The notes below the pieces were generated by a model, which was not told where the DNA came from, searched no databases, and saw only the letters and a program-made list of their open reading frames with translations. Below, piece after piece: positions 27,944-37,943 of a DNA stretch of 64,000 nucleotides. How positions within the stretch are numbered: position 1 is the stretch's first letter; the number at the start of each line of letters is the position of its first letter. The DNA is from a candidate division FCPU426 bacterium. Lineage in GTDB: Bacteria; Oederibacteriota; PGYV01; Palsa-1178. The stretch lies in assembly GCA_963840035.1 (NCBI GenBank), contig CAWIXE010000002.1:781685-845684 (forward strand), given 5' to 3'. Position numbers and translations under genes: made by a program.

Positions 27944-27967
27944 AGCGCCTCCCTGTCCTAACAAATA

Positions 27968-27996
27968 TTATAATCAGCTTTACCGGAGATTTCAAG
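27968..27996 (-). promoter_or_regulatory. sigma70-type promoter for the PilZ gene
   Basis: Minus strand reads TTGAAA - 17 nt - TATAAT, about 20 nt upstream of the SD/ATG. Confidence 0.6.
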
Positions 27997-29631
27997 TTAA
28001 TTCACCGTGTATTTCTGAATCTCCTGCGGAACATACCATTGTATCTGATTATAAAAGATTCCGGAGGCTTCCGGTTTAATATTCTGAACCCTTTTATGCA
28101 CCGTTACAAGGCTTAAGGGCGAATACAGGAAGATGTATGGCGCGTCATCCACGATAAGGGCATGAATCCTATTGTAAATGGCGGCGCGTTTGACCGGATT
28201 AAATATGATCCTGCCTTCTTCCGCCAGGGTATCAACCTCCGGATTCGAGTATGATACAAAGTTAAACTCGCCTTCTTTTGTTTTTGATGAATGCCAAAGA
28301 TCATAGCAGTCGGGGTCAAGCGACATTGACCAGCCCATTACAATCGCGTCAAAGTTCTTTTTGTCAACAAACTGGGTTATGAAAATATTCCAGGCTAGCA
28401 CTCTTACTTCAGCGGAAATGCCGAGTTTCGACCATTGCTGCTGGGCAATTACCGCGATTTGTTCCCGTTGTTTATTTCCCTGGTTCGTATAAAGAATAAA
28501 TTTGAACTTTTTTCCGTTTTTTTCCAATATTCCATCGCTGCCTTTTACCCAACCTTCACTTTTTAATAATTCCGCGGCTTTTCCGGGGTTGTATGGGTAG
28601 CCTTTTACTTTGTTATTGTAAGCAGGTGTACCCGGAATAAAGGGGCCGGTTACCGGCTTTGCCAGCCCCAGCATGACGCCTTCAATTATTTCACCTGTAT
28701 TTATCGCATATGAAAGAGCCTGCCTAACTTTTTTTGATGCAAAAAGAGGGTTTTTCATATTGAATCCGATATATGTATACTGAAAAGCGGAATAGGCGTA
28801 TTTGTTAAATGAATCATTAAATTCCGGGGACCCTGTCTTTTTCAGGTACTGGTCAGGTGAAAGCGACATCATATCGAGATTTCCTGACTGCAGGTTCATA
28901 AACTGTACTGACTGGTCCGGAATGATCCGGTACATTATTCCGGTAATATAAGGCCTGCCTTCGAAATAATTCTTGTTTGATATGAGTTCTATACTCTGGT
29001 TTGAAGTCCATTTTTTAAAGATATAAGGTCCGGTGCCGATTGGCTTTCTGGAAAACGGGGATTTATTCAGGTCTGTGCCCTTTAACAGGTGCGCAGGTAT
29101 TATATATGTGGACTGCCATGTATCAAGCGTCGGAGCATATGGCTTTTTGTAACGCACAATCACAGTGTATTTGTCGGGAGTTTCAATTTTATCCACCATT
29201 TCAAAATATCCTCTATAGGCGGTTTTTACAGACGGGTCCATAAATGAATCGTAGGTAAACTTAACATCATCGGAATTAAATTCAACGCCGTCCTGCCACT
29301 TGATTCCCCGGCGCAGGTGAAATGTTAATGTTTTCCCATCCCCTGAAATATCCCAGCTTTTTGCAAGTTCCCCTTCAAGTTTCAGGTTCTTATCATAACG
29401 GATGAGTCTTCCGAAGACGAGCCCTATGATGTCAAAAGAAGCGGAATCAGAAGCAAGTACCGGGTTTAAATTTGCGGGTTCGCCTATGGACGCCTGTATA
29501 AGCATGTCACCGTACGCGGGTTTGTCGATAAAATCCTTTTTCAGGACGTAGGTTTGTTTGGGTTTGCATGATTGCACTATGATAATTATGAATATGAAGA
29601 TAATAACAGCAAGAAATTTTCTCATAGCCAC
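27997..29631 (-). CDS. ABC transporter substrate-binding protein, family 5 (peptide/nickel type), orphan
   Basis: 544 aa. Signal anchor, then LAKSWDISGDGKTLTFHLRRGIKWQDGVEFNSDDVKFTYD, typical of DppA/OppA-like SBPs. No permease or ATPase genes nearby. Confidence 0.85.
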   Translation of the reverse strand: MAMRKFLAVIIFIFIIIIVQSCKPKQTYVLKKDFIDKPAYGDMLIQASIGEPANLNPVLASDSASFDIIGLVFGRLIRYDKNLKLEGELAKSWDISGDGKTLTFHLRRGIKWQDGVEFNSDDVKFTYDSFMDPSVKTAYRGYFEMVDKIETPDKYTVIVRYKKPYAPTLDTWQSTYIIPAHLLKGTDLNKSPFSRKPIGTGPYIFKKWTSNQSIELISNKNYFEGRPYITGIMYRIIPDQSVQFMNLQSGNLDMMSLSPDQYLKKTGSPEFNDSFNKYAYSAFQYTYIGFNMKNPLFASKKVRQALSYAINTGEIIEGVMLGLAKPVTGPFIPGTPAYNNKVKGYPYNPGKAAELLKSEGWVKGSDGILEKNGKKFKFILYTNQGNKQREQIAVIAQQQWSKLGISAEVRVLAWNIFITQFVDKKNFDAIVMGWSMSLDPDCYDLWHSSKTKEGEFNFVSYSNPEVDTLAEEGRIIFNPVKRAAIYNRIHALIVDDAPYIFLYSPLSLVTVHKRVQNIKPEASGIFYNQIQWYVPQEIQKYTVN

Positions 29632-29632
29632 C

Positions 29633-29668
29633 TCAAAAAAAATCCCCGGTTTTTGAAACCGGGGATTT
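29633..29668 (-). terminator. intrinsic terminator downstream of secG
   Basis: AATCCCCGGTT/AACCGGGGATT stem followed on the minus strand by T8. Confidence 0.75.
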
Positions 29669-29737
29669 GCTTTTATTTGGGATCTGTGATTCCATGTCCG
29701 TCGAAGCTTCGCGAAGACGGATGGGATCTGTGATTAA

Positions 29738-30094
29738 TTACTTATCAGCTTTAGGCTGGTTTGAAGCAGGCTGGGCCTGCTGCGCTGCCGGCTGGTCCGT
29801 TGCCGGTACTGCGGGCGCTTCGGTCTTCATCTTGTCCATGACGCCTTTATAACCGCCGGCCTTTTTGACCTGAAAAAGCGCCAGAAAGATCGAAGTGGTC
29901 ATGAAAAGCACGGCCAGTATGATGGTTAAGCGTGTGATGAATGTCTTGCCTCCGCCCGAACCAAACATGGTCTGTGCCGCGCCCGCGCCGAACGCGAAGC
30001 CGACCTCAGAACCTTTCCCCGTCTGTATCAGAACAACAACTATGAGGAGGACTACGTTTATTACGTGTATTGCCCAAACGATATTATATAACAT
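29738..30094 (-). CDS. secG: preprotein translocase subunit SecG
   Basis: 118 aa. Two TM helices with LIQTGKGSEVG...FGSGG signature. Sits downstream of tpiA as in many bacteria. Confidence 0.85.
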   Translation of the reverse strand: MLYNIVWAIHVINVVLLIVVVLIQTGKGSEVGFAFGAGAAQTMFGSGGGKTFITRLTIILAVLFMTTSIFLALFQVKKAGGYKGVMDKMKTEAPAVPATDQPAAQQAQPASNQPKADK

Positions 30095-30112
30095 TTAAAA
30101 CCCCTTCCCTAT

Positions 30113-30874
30113 CTATCGATAGAATTTTACTATTGCTTCAAATGAGTCTGCCTTAAGCGCGGCTCCGCCAACCAGGGCGCCGTCAATGTCGGGCATATTC
30201 ATCAAAGTCTTTGCGTTATCCGGTTTTACCGAACCGCCGTACTGTATGCGCACTGACTGCGCTGTTGCTTCATCATAAAGGGACGCGAGGGTCTCCCTTA
30301 TGAATTTGTGTACTTCCTGGGCCTGGTCCGGCGTGGCTGTCTTTCCTGTGCCTATTGCCCATACAGGTTCATACGCTATGACAACGTTTGCCATTTTGTC
30401 CTTGGGTATGCCCGCGAGTCCGCCTACCACATGGTCTTTTACAACATCCTTCATGATTCCTTTTTCCCTTTCTTCAAGCTTTTCGCCGACGCAGAGAATC
30501 GGGAAAAGGCCGTACTCGAGGGCCATCTTCACTTTCTTATTGATATCTTCGTTTGATTCCTTGAAATACTGCCTTCTTTCCGAATGGCCGATAATGACAT
30601 AGTGAACGCCTACGGAGCGCAGCATCAGCGGCGATATCTCGCCTGTGAAAGCGCCTTCCTGGGCAGCGTACATGTTCTGCGCGCCAAGCTTGATGTTAGA
30701 GCCTTTTACAATGGCGGCGACTGCCTGCAGGTCCACGTATGGCGGGCAGATGGCAACTTCGGCTTTGTCAGCCGCAACGTCCTTTAAAACATTTTTAAGC
30801 GAATTGGCAAGCTCTGCCGCTTCTGTTACGTCCTTATACATCTTCCAGTTTCCAGCAATTAACGGTATGCGCAT
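30113..30874 (-). CDS. tpiA: triosephosphate isomerase
   Basis: IAGNWKMY, IIGHSERR, AYEPVWAIGTG motifs. Start moved to ATG 30874 (GGAGG SD). Confidence 0.95.
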   Translation of the reverse strand: MRIPLIAGNWKMYKDVTEAAELANSLKNVLKDVAADKAEVAICPPYVDLQAVAAIVKGSNIKLGAQNMYAAQEGAFTGEISPLMLRSVGVHYVIIGHSERRQYFKESNEDINKKVKMALEYGLFPILCVGEKLEEREKGIMKDVVKDHVVGGLAGIPKDKMANVVIAYEPVWAIGTGKTATPDQAQEVHKFIRETLASLYDEATAQSVRIQYGGSVKPDNAKTLMNMPDIDGALVGGAALKADSFEAIVKFYR

Positions 30875-30967
30875 TACAAAAACCTCCATGTTTTTAAGTG
30901 GTATGTGTCGTGTGCTATGTGTTATGTGAAATTCACATACCACTCACCACCCGCCACTTAGCACGTT

Positions 30968-32188
30968 TTACTTATTCGTTAAAGCCGCTACTCCCGGCAG
31001 TTCCGTGCCTTCCATGAATTCCATGGAAGCTCCGCCGCCTGTGGATACATGCGTCATTTTATCCGCGAGTTTGAGTTTCTTGACAGCCGATGCCGAGTCT
31101 CCGCCGCCTACGACCGACACAGCGCCTGAATCGGCGATTGCCTGGGCGACTCCGAGCGTGCCTTTTGAGAACTGGTCTATCTCAAATACGCCCATGGGGC
31201 CGTTCCAAAAAATTGTTTTTGATTTGGATATGATGTTCTTGAATTTTTCTATGGTGTTTGTGCCTACGTCAACGCCTTCCCATCCCACGTCAATTGAATC
31301 CCTGAGTACGGTTTTATACTCGGCGGTTTTAAGCGCGGTCATAAAATCCTCGCCTTTTGCCGGGGTTTTGGCCACTACGTGGTCCAGGGGCAGGTATATG
31401 GAAACATTTTTGTCCATGGCTTTTTTCATTATGTTTTTGGCTGTTTCTATTTTATCCTTTTCGCACAATGAATCGCCTATTTCGCGCCCTTTGGCCGCCA
31501 GGAACGTGTAGGCCATGCCGCCGCCGATGATAATACCATCGACTATGTTAAGCAGGTTTTCTATAACCATGATCTTGTCGCTGACTTTTGCCCCGCCAAG
31601 TATCGCTATGAATGGCTTGCCCGGGTTGGCGAGAAGCTGTCCCAAAAATTTTAATTCTTTTTCCATAAGGAAACCCGCGGCGCATCTTTTAATGAACTTG
31701 CATACGCCTTCCGTGGACGCGTGCGCCCTGTGAGCGGTTCCAAAAGCGTCGTTTATATATATCTCGCCGAGTGATGCGAGCTTTTTCGCGAATTCAGGGT
31801 CATTGCCCTCTTCTTCCTTATAGAAACGCAGATTTTCCAGGAGCATTACTTCGCCGTCCTGAAGTGAATCCGCCATTTTTTTGACATCATCGCCGATGCA
31901 GTCAGAAGCGAACTTAACCGGCTTGCCGAGGAGTTCCGCAAGCTTAACCGCGACTACGTCCAGTGAGAACTCAGGCGCTTTCTTTCCTTTTGGCCTTCCT
32001 AAATGTGACATCAGAATGAGCCTGCCGCCTTTTTCCATGACGTACTTTATGGAAGGAAGCGACGCGCTTATCCTTTTGTCGGAAGTAATGGCCCTTTTTT
32101 CGTCCAGGGGCACGTTAAAATCAACGCGCATGAGCACTTTTTTGCCTTTAAGTTCTCCGGAAAGGTCTTCAATAGCGAGTTTTGCCAT
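30968..32188 (-). CDS. pgk: phosphoglycerate kinase
   Basis: 406 aa. RVDFNVPL, SHLGRPKG, GGGDSA/STGGGASMEF motifs. Confidence 0.97.
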   Translation of the reverse strand: MAKLAIEDLSGELKGKKVLMRVDFNVPLDEKRAITSDKRISASLPSIKYVMEKGGRLILMSHLGRPKGKKAPEFSLDVVAVKLAELLGKPVKFASDCIGDDVKKMADSLQDGEVMLLENLRFYKEEEGNDPEFAKKLASLGEIYINDAFGTAHRAHASTEGVCKFIKRCAAGFLMEKELKFLGQLLANPGKPFIAILGGAKVSDKIMVIENLLNIVDGIIIGGGMAYTFLAAKGREIGDSLCEKDKIETAKNIMKKAMDKNVSIYLPLDHVVAKTPAKGEDFMTALKTAEYKTVLRDSIDVGWEGVDVGTNTIEKFKNIISKSKTIFWNGPMGVFEIDQFSKGTLGVAQAIADSGAVSVVGGGDSASAVKKLKLADKMTHVSTGGGASMEFMEGTELPGVAALTNK

Positions 32189-32290
32189 GTTTTCACTCCT
32201 TATTATTGTTTCTTATTAAATTCCAGAGGCGTTGTTCATCACAACGCCCCTGGTATCGTAAATTAGTAATCGGTAATTTGAAATTGGAAA

Positions 32291-33334
<1,044 letters not shown>

Positions 33335-33712
33335 TTATTATGAACGTGCTTAAATATCCGCTAAATTATATTATAATACTGAAATTTGTCAATATGAAAC
33401 TGTCTTTGAACTTTAAATCACAAAGAGGGATATCTTTACGTTTCTTTATGATTTAAGCAGTTTTATATGGCGTTTTATTAAACGCGAACTTAAACATTGA
33501 TGCGATTCTTGTATTTTCACTTCTATGAAACCCACTGAACGATTTCCATTAAGACATGCAACATCGGCTTTGAAGGTATAATTGCCGTTGTTATATGAAG
33601 TATCACCCGCTCATTTTTTCTGTTTTCCAGAGTTGTGGTATCAGAAAAGACCAGTGAACCGTTATAAATCATTGTAATTAATTAGCCTAGTAATTTGATA
33701 AGATACCAATGG

Positions 33713-34744
33713 TTATTTCTTTATCTCTTTTGCCTTAAGCAGCGATTTAGCTGCCAGGCATACCTCTTCGGCGGTGATTCTTTCCACCGCGTCCATATTC
33801 TTTTCACGGAATTTCTTTGAGCCGATATCAATGCCTTCCCTGATAAATTCATCCAGGTGGGATATTTTTATATGGCCGTCTTCTTCCTTATACGGGTGCC
33901 ATTCAACCGGATTTTCAGGGCCGAATAGCGTTATGGTTTTAACGCCCAGGGCTGCCGCGATGTGGCGCGGCCCGGAATCGTTGCCGATAAATATCCTGAG
34001 TTTATTTAAAAAGAAACCAAGCCTTAAAAAATCAAGCCCGCTGTAAAGTTTTGCTTTTTCACCGATGCCGGACACGATTATTTCGCCCAATGGTTTCTCG
34101 GCTTTTGAGCAGAAAACAGCTATGTTATAGCCCTCTTCAGACAGTTTCCTTCCGGTTTCAATGAAGCGCTCTTTCGGCCACATTTTGTTCGGCCTTTTAG
34201 CGCCGATGCCGAAGCCGACGGTCAGGGATACGTCTTCATCGCCGATGTACCTGGTATAGTCTTCGTTCAGTATGAGGCGTGTTTTTTTCATTTCTTCCGT
34301 GATAGGGTCGAGTTTCAGCGGGTTTAATGTATCGAGGTCCCGCTCTATTATGGATTTCTGTGATGACTCCGTAATGCCGAGAGGAACCGAGGTAAAATAA
34401 TCCCTGCCGCTGTGGTTGTGGACCAGCCTTAATTTGGCGCCGGATAAAAATGTGATAAAGGCGCTTCTCCATGTGGCGTGAAGGTTTACGGCAATGTCAA
34501 AGTTGTATTTTCTGAGCTTGAAAATGAGCCTGAAAAAGTCAAAAGGGTCGTTTTTATCGTATGTTATGACCTCTTTGACATACGGCAGGAGGTATTTGAA
34601 GTTCTCATATTCTTTTTTAAGGACATAAATTATTTCGGGGGTGGCGCAGTTGTGATCGAGCACTTTCAGAACGGGCGTGGAAAGGACTATATCGCCTATG
34701 TCGCGCAGCTTGATTACAAGTATTTTTTTTATTGATTTTAACAT
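33713..34744 (-). CDS. glycosyltransferase family 9 (LPS heptosyltransferase-like)
   Basis: 343 aa. KILVIKLRDIGDIV start and GNDSGPRHIAAALG motif. Confidence 0.85.
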   Translation of the reverse strand: MLKSIKKILVIKLRDIGDIVLSTPVLKVLDHNCATPEIIYVLKKEYENFKYLLPYVKEVITYDKNDPFDFFRLIFKLRKYNFDIAVNLHATWRSAFITFLSGAKLRLVHNHSGRDYFTSVPLGITESSQKSIIERDLDTLNPLKLDPITEEMKKTRLILNEDYTRYIGDEDVSLTVGFGIGAKRPNKMWPKERFIETGRKLSEEGYNIAVFCSKAEKPLGEIIVSGIGEKAKLYSGLDFLRLGFFLNKLRIFIGNDSGPRHIAAALGVKTITLFGPENPVEWHPYKEEDGHIKISHLDEFIREGIDIGSKKFREKNMDAVERITAEEVCLAAKSLLKAKEIKK

Positions 34745-34834
34745 TTATTCTTGTCTCCAGAGTGATCATGCTTTTAGGTATAAAGTTTAAGCTGTTAGCT
34801 TATAGCCGATATTGATTTCCTGTTTTACAAAAAC

Positions 34835-34862
34835 AAAACCGCCCTTTTTATCGGGCGGTTTT
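34835..34862 (-). terminator. intrinsic terminator
   Basis: AAAACCGCCC/GGGCGGTTTT stem with flanking T-run. Downstream of the 34879 stop. Confidence 0.75.
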
Positions 34863-34878
34863 ATGTTTTTACGGGTCT

Positions 34879-35658
34879 TTATGGTTTATACAGTTCGTAG
34901 TGGTCGTTTAAGAGTTTGTTAACCCTCTCGTCTTTAGTCCTGACCATGTCCTGATATTTCTGAACATAGCTTTCAAAGAGGTTGTTAAATTTATCAAGGT
35001 CCTTTTTCAGGAAGAACATCTCTTCCTTGTTTGATTCGTGTTTTTTCATGACCTCGTCAGTGCGCATGATTTTAAGCCTGAATTTTCTGAGCAGTTCTTC
35101 CACCCTGCGCTGGTTCTTGCCCATAAGCTTATATTCTTCCTTGAATTCATTGTTCCATTCTTCGGCTAAGGCCAGCGAGTGTTCGGCGCCGTCAACCTTT
35201 TCTTCCCACGCGAATTCAACCTGGTCGCGTTTGTCTACAAGCCCTTCGGTGTGCATGGAAGCGACAACGCTTCCCATTTCATTTAAGCTCTTCATGAAGT
35301 CTTTCCTGAAAGTGGCCTCATAACGTACAAGGTCTTTTTTAGACCTGTTTATCATGGATTTGGTATCGGTTAAAGCCTGCCAAACTTCTATTTCAGGGGT
35401 TTTGAATGAATAATTAGGCGTTGATGTGGGCACCGGAGTTGAGATAAGCGATTCATCATCAAAATGAACAGCCTCTGTACCGGGCCCTTTTGCGCCGCCT
35501 AAATTAACCTGGCCTTTTTCGCTTCTGCTGGTGCTGGGCGCTTCGGATTTTTTTTCTTCTTTTTTAGGCGAAGGAGCGCCTCCGTGCGCGGCATATGCGG
35601 ATGAAGAAATAAAAACAATGATTAGCAACGATACTGCGTATTTTAATACGGAACGCAT
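34879..35658 (-). CDS. hypothetical secreted coiled-coil protein
   Basis: Start at MRSVLKYAVSLLIIVFISSSAYA (AGGAGG SD). Lys/Glu-rich helical C-terminal half. No family recognised. Confidence 0.55.
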   Translation of the reverse strand: MRSVLKYAVSLLIIVFISSSAYAAHGGAPSPKKEEKKSEAPSTSRSEKGQVNLGGAKGPGTEAVHFDDESLISTPVPTSTPNYSFKTPEIEVWQALTDTKSMINRSKKDLVRYEATFRKDFMKSLNEMGSVVASMHTEGLVDKRDQVEFAWEEKVDGAEHSLALAEEWNNEFKEEYKLMGKNQRRVEELLRKFRLKIMRTDEVMKKHESNKEEMFFLKKDLDKFNNLFESYVQKYQDMVRTKDERVNKLLNDHYELYKP

Positions 35659-35785
35659 AAAACCTCCTGTTAAATATGAAGTATTTGTTATTTTAACGGA
35701 CGTGGTGGGAATTGTCAATATGTATTAATTTGTGTAAGATATAATTAAAAAAAATAATTTAAAAAAACATATTTTATATTATGAA

Positions 35786-35815
35786 AAAAGCCGGGGACAT
35801 ACCCCCGGCTTTTTT
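35786..35815 (-). terminator. intrinsic (bidirectional-looking) terminator
   Basis: AAAAGCCGGGG/CCCCGGCTTTT stem flanked by A/T runs. Downstream of the 35873 stop. Confidence 0.75.
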
Positions 35816-35872
35816 CATAATATCTCACGTGTGAATAACACGCGCGTTTTAACTATCTGGTAGCAGTAATTT

Positions 35873-36205
35873 TTACTTAATTACCTCAACTTCCACGGTA
35901 TGTGTTGTAATGGTAACGAAACTCCCGATCATGGTTATAAGATAGTCAAGTACCGTCATTGTCGTCTTTACTCTGACAATTTCCTTAGGTTTTATCATAT
36001 CACCTGTTGAATTATCAGTTATTGGGATTAATCCGTACAGAACGTAAAACACCATCTTCGACCTAGTGGTTTTTGCTTTTGGCTGTCCGTTATTGTCCGG
36101 AGCCAGAAAAGCATACCCTCCTTTGCAGTTAATCTTTACAGTAGAACATGAAACAAGTGTAAAAGCAAAACAAAGCAGCAACAGAACCACTACAAGTTTC
36201 TTCAT
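35873..36205 (-). CDS. Bor/Iss-like small outer-membrane lipoprotein
   Basis: MKKLVVVLLLLCFAFTLVSC lipobox. FYVLYGLIPI...VRVKTTMTVLDYLITMIGSFVTITTHTVEV resembles the Bor-family core. Start at ATG 36205 (GGGAGG SD). Confidence 0.5.
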   Translation of the reverse strand: MKKLVVVLLLLCFAFTLVSCSTVKINCKGGYAFLAPDNNGQPKAKTTRSKMVFYVLYGLIPITDNSTGDMIKPKEIVRVKTTMTVLDYLITMIGSFVTITTHTVEVEVIK

Positions 36206-36263
36206 TCCCGCCTCCCATTTTTTTTTGCATTTTTTAACGCCCATCCTGATAACTTTATCCCGT

Positions 36264-37091
36264 TCAGAACGCAAAACCGATGTTTGTGCCTAAAGTTGGC
36301 AAAATAATCCCGAGTTTTACTTCCATGTCCCCAAATTTTATGAGTCCGCTTGTGATATATGCAAGCCCCACAATACCGTCCAAGGATATTCCGTTTTCAA
36401 AAATCCATCTGTAGCCTAGATGCGCCCCGGCAGACATTATGGAAACACTTGTTTTATTTTCAACCACTGTGCCATATGAATCAGAAACGGTTACATTTAT
36501 ATTTGCCCCGTAAAAATAGCACTCCGGTCCAAAAAACAGCCCTGATAAAGCATTGCCGTCTATGAACCAGTTAATCCTGCTTCCAAGGTTATAACCAAAA
36601 CCGGAAACTTTGCTGCCGGCGCTGGCAAGCGATAAAAATGACATTGAATAAGCTATGCCGCCTTCCACGCCGGCGCTTAAATGGCTGAATATACGCCTCT
36701 CATAATAAAGGCTGAAAAATCCTGACAGCAGAACTGACGGGTTTACTGCTATCATGTTTGACCTGTTTGCTGCCGGATTTGGCTGATTTTCAGACTCTTC
36801 CTTAATTCCCAATTTTTCTGCGTAATTGTAATATGACATAGATTTTTCGACCTGTCCTGTCTCACGCAAGCAATCTGCCATAGCGGAAAAATATTTCCCT
36901 TCTTTTGGCTTCAATTTTATCGCTGAATTGTAATATTTGATGGCATTCGCGCAGTTCCCCCTGGCAGATTCCTTTACACCGGCGTTATAATAATCTTCAG
37001 CGGTATAAGAAAATCCTGTTACGGGAATGGAAACAAATAAAATAATTATTATGATTAGAAATCGTTTTTTTTGCCCTTTTTGTATTATCAT
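36264..37091 (-). CDS. hypothetical outer-membrane protein: N-terminal TPR pair plus C-terminal beta-barrel-like region
   Basis: 275 aa. Signal peptide, TPR-like AEDYYNAGV...AIKYYNSAIKLKP. The C-terminal half has alternating hydrophobic residues and ends ...NIGFAF (terminal Phe). Confidence 0.55.
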   Translation of the reverse strand: MIIQKGQKKRFLIIIIILFVSIPVTGFSYTAEDYYNAGVKESARGNCANAIKYYNSAIKLKPKEGKYFSAMADCLRETGQVEKSMSYYNYAEKLGIKEESENQPNPAANRSNMIAVNPSVLLSGFFSLYYERRIFSHLSAGVEGGIAYSMSFLSLASAGSKVSGFGYNLGSRINWFIDGNALSGLFFGPECYFYGANINVTVSDSYGTVVENKTSVSIMSAGAHLGYRWIFENGISLDGIVGLAYITSGLIKFGDMEVKLGIILPTLGTNIGFAF

Positions 37092-37244
37092 ATGAATTAT
37101 GTTATATGATTTCGACTAAAATGTCAATTTGATTCGAATTACTTGATGTAATTAAAAATTTGGAATTGCGGAAGTTCTACGAGCATTTTATGATAAAAAG
37201 TGCATAAGCACACAAAAATTCTAAATTTTTAATTATTTGAATAT

Positions 37245-37445
37245 TTACATAGCCCTTTCTACGCGGTATACACACTCGTTATCTATCCAATCGTGTATTG
37301 AAGACTTGTTAAAACGCCAGCATCCGGAAACTTTAACGCCGGGAATCATGGAAAGGCTCAGGAGTTTGTAAACGGTGACAGGCTTTACTTTAAGCATGAC
37401 GGCCACTTCTTTTATAGTGAGGTAATCGCTTGCTGCGCCGGGCAA
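37245..37445 (-). CDS. excisionase-family (MerR-superfamily HTH_17) DNA-binding protein
   Basis: 66 aa. LTIKEVAVMLKVKPVTVYKLL...WRFNKSSIHDWI. Confidence 0.7.
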   Translation of the reverse strand: MPGAASDYLTIKEVAVMLKVKPVTVYKLLSLSMIPGVKVSGCWRFNKSSIHDWIDNECVYRVERAM

Positions 37446-37446
37446 T

Positions 37447-37821
37447 TTACATGGCCCTTGTTTGTGCTGTGATGTATTCGTTTAAATGCTCTGCGTCCTC
37501 TTCCTTCAGGGCTATGAAACTCAATCCTATTTCAAAGGTATCATCAGCTGAGGTTTTCTGGCACCATTGAACCTCGCAAAAAGCCTTTATTGATTTGGCG
37601 CTTGAGCTGACTACCGGAAGCTCAAGCCTGATTACATTGCCTTCGTTAATCTTGTGGGTTGTCACAAGGCATACTCCGCCTTTTGATATGTTTTTTGTTT
37701 TTGCGGTTTCATAATTAAGGGAGGCTCTTGGGTCGCTGTCCGAAAGAATCTTGTATTTTGCTTCTTCCATTATTTCTGCCCTGGTATCAATTCTTTTCTC
37801 CATGTTTCCCGCTGCCGGCAT
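37447..37821 (-). CDS. stand-alone PilZ-domain protein
   Basis: 124 aa. NISKGGVCLVT (DxSxxG-like) and the same C-terminal F.L.F..LKEED tail as the other two PilZ genes. Confidence 0.75.
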   Translation of the reverse strand: MPAAGNMEKRIDTRAEIMEEAKYKILSDSDPRASLNYETAKTKNISKGGVCLVTTHKINEGNVIRLELPVVSSSAKSIKAFCEVQWCQKTSADDTFEIGLSFIALKEEDAEHLNEYITAQTRAM

Positions 37822-37870
37822 GCTGCTCGCCTCCTGAAATTATTTGAACTGGTTCAAATATAAAATATTA

Positions 37871-37889
37871 TAAGCATTAATCGTGCCAA
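37871..37889 (-). promoter_or_regulatory. sigma54 (-24/-12) promoter upstream of PilZ-HTH genes
   Basis: Minus strand reads TTGGCACGATTAATGCTTA, i.e. TGGCAC-N5-(A)TGC with exact GG/GC spacing. About 50 nt upstream of ATG 37821, which has an AGGAGG SD. Confidence 0.7.
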
Positions 37890-37943
37890 GGATAGTTGTT
37901 GATAATATAGCGATTTATTGAATGGAATGAGCGAAAAATGTCC

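Noticed and set aside
30875-30943. N-terminal extensions of track ORFs: tpiA here, and also gap 33302-33331, pdxJ 40757-40843, ftsH 45431-45523, tatA 4470-4502, the Bor-like gene 36206-36274 and PilZ 27944-27964.
   Set aside because: In each case an internal ATG is preceded by a strong GGAGG-type SD and coincides with the conserved protein N-terminus. The upstream codons overlap neighbouring genes or terminators.
33360-33712. A ~350-bp gene-free spacer upstream of gap containing a 49-codon minus-strand ORF (MIYNGSLVFSDTTTLENRK...).
   Set aside because: It has no SD, no recognisable family and is below any sensible length threshold. It may be a gene relic or promoter region, but I cannot support either.
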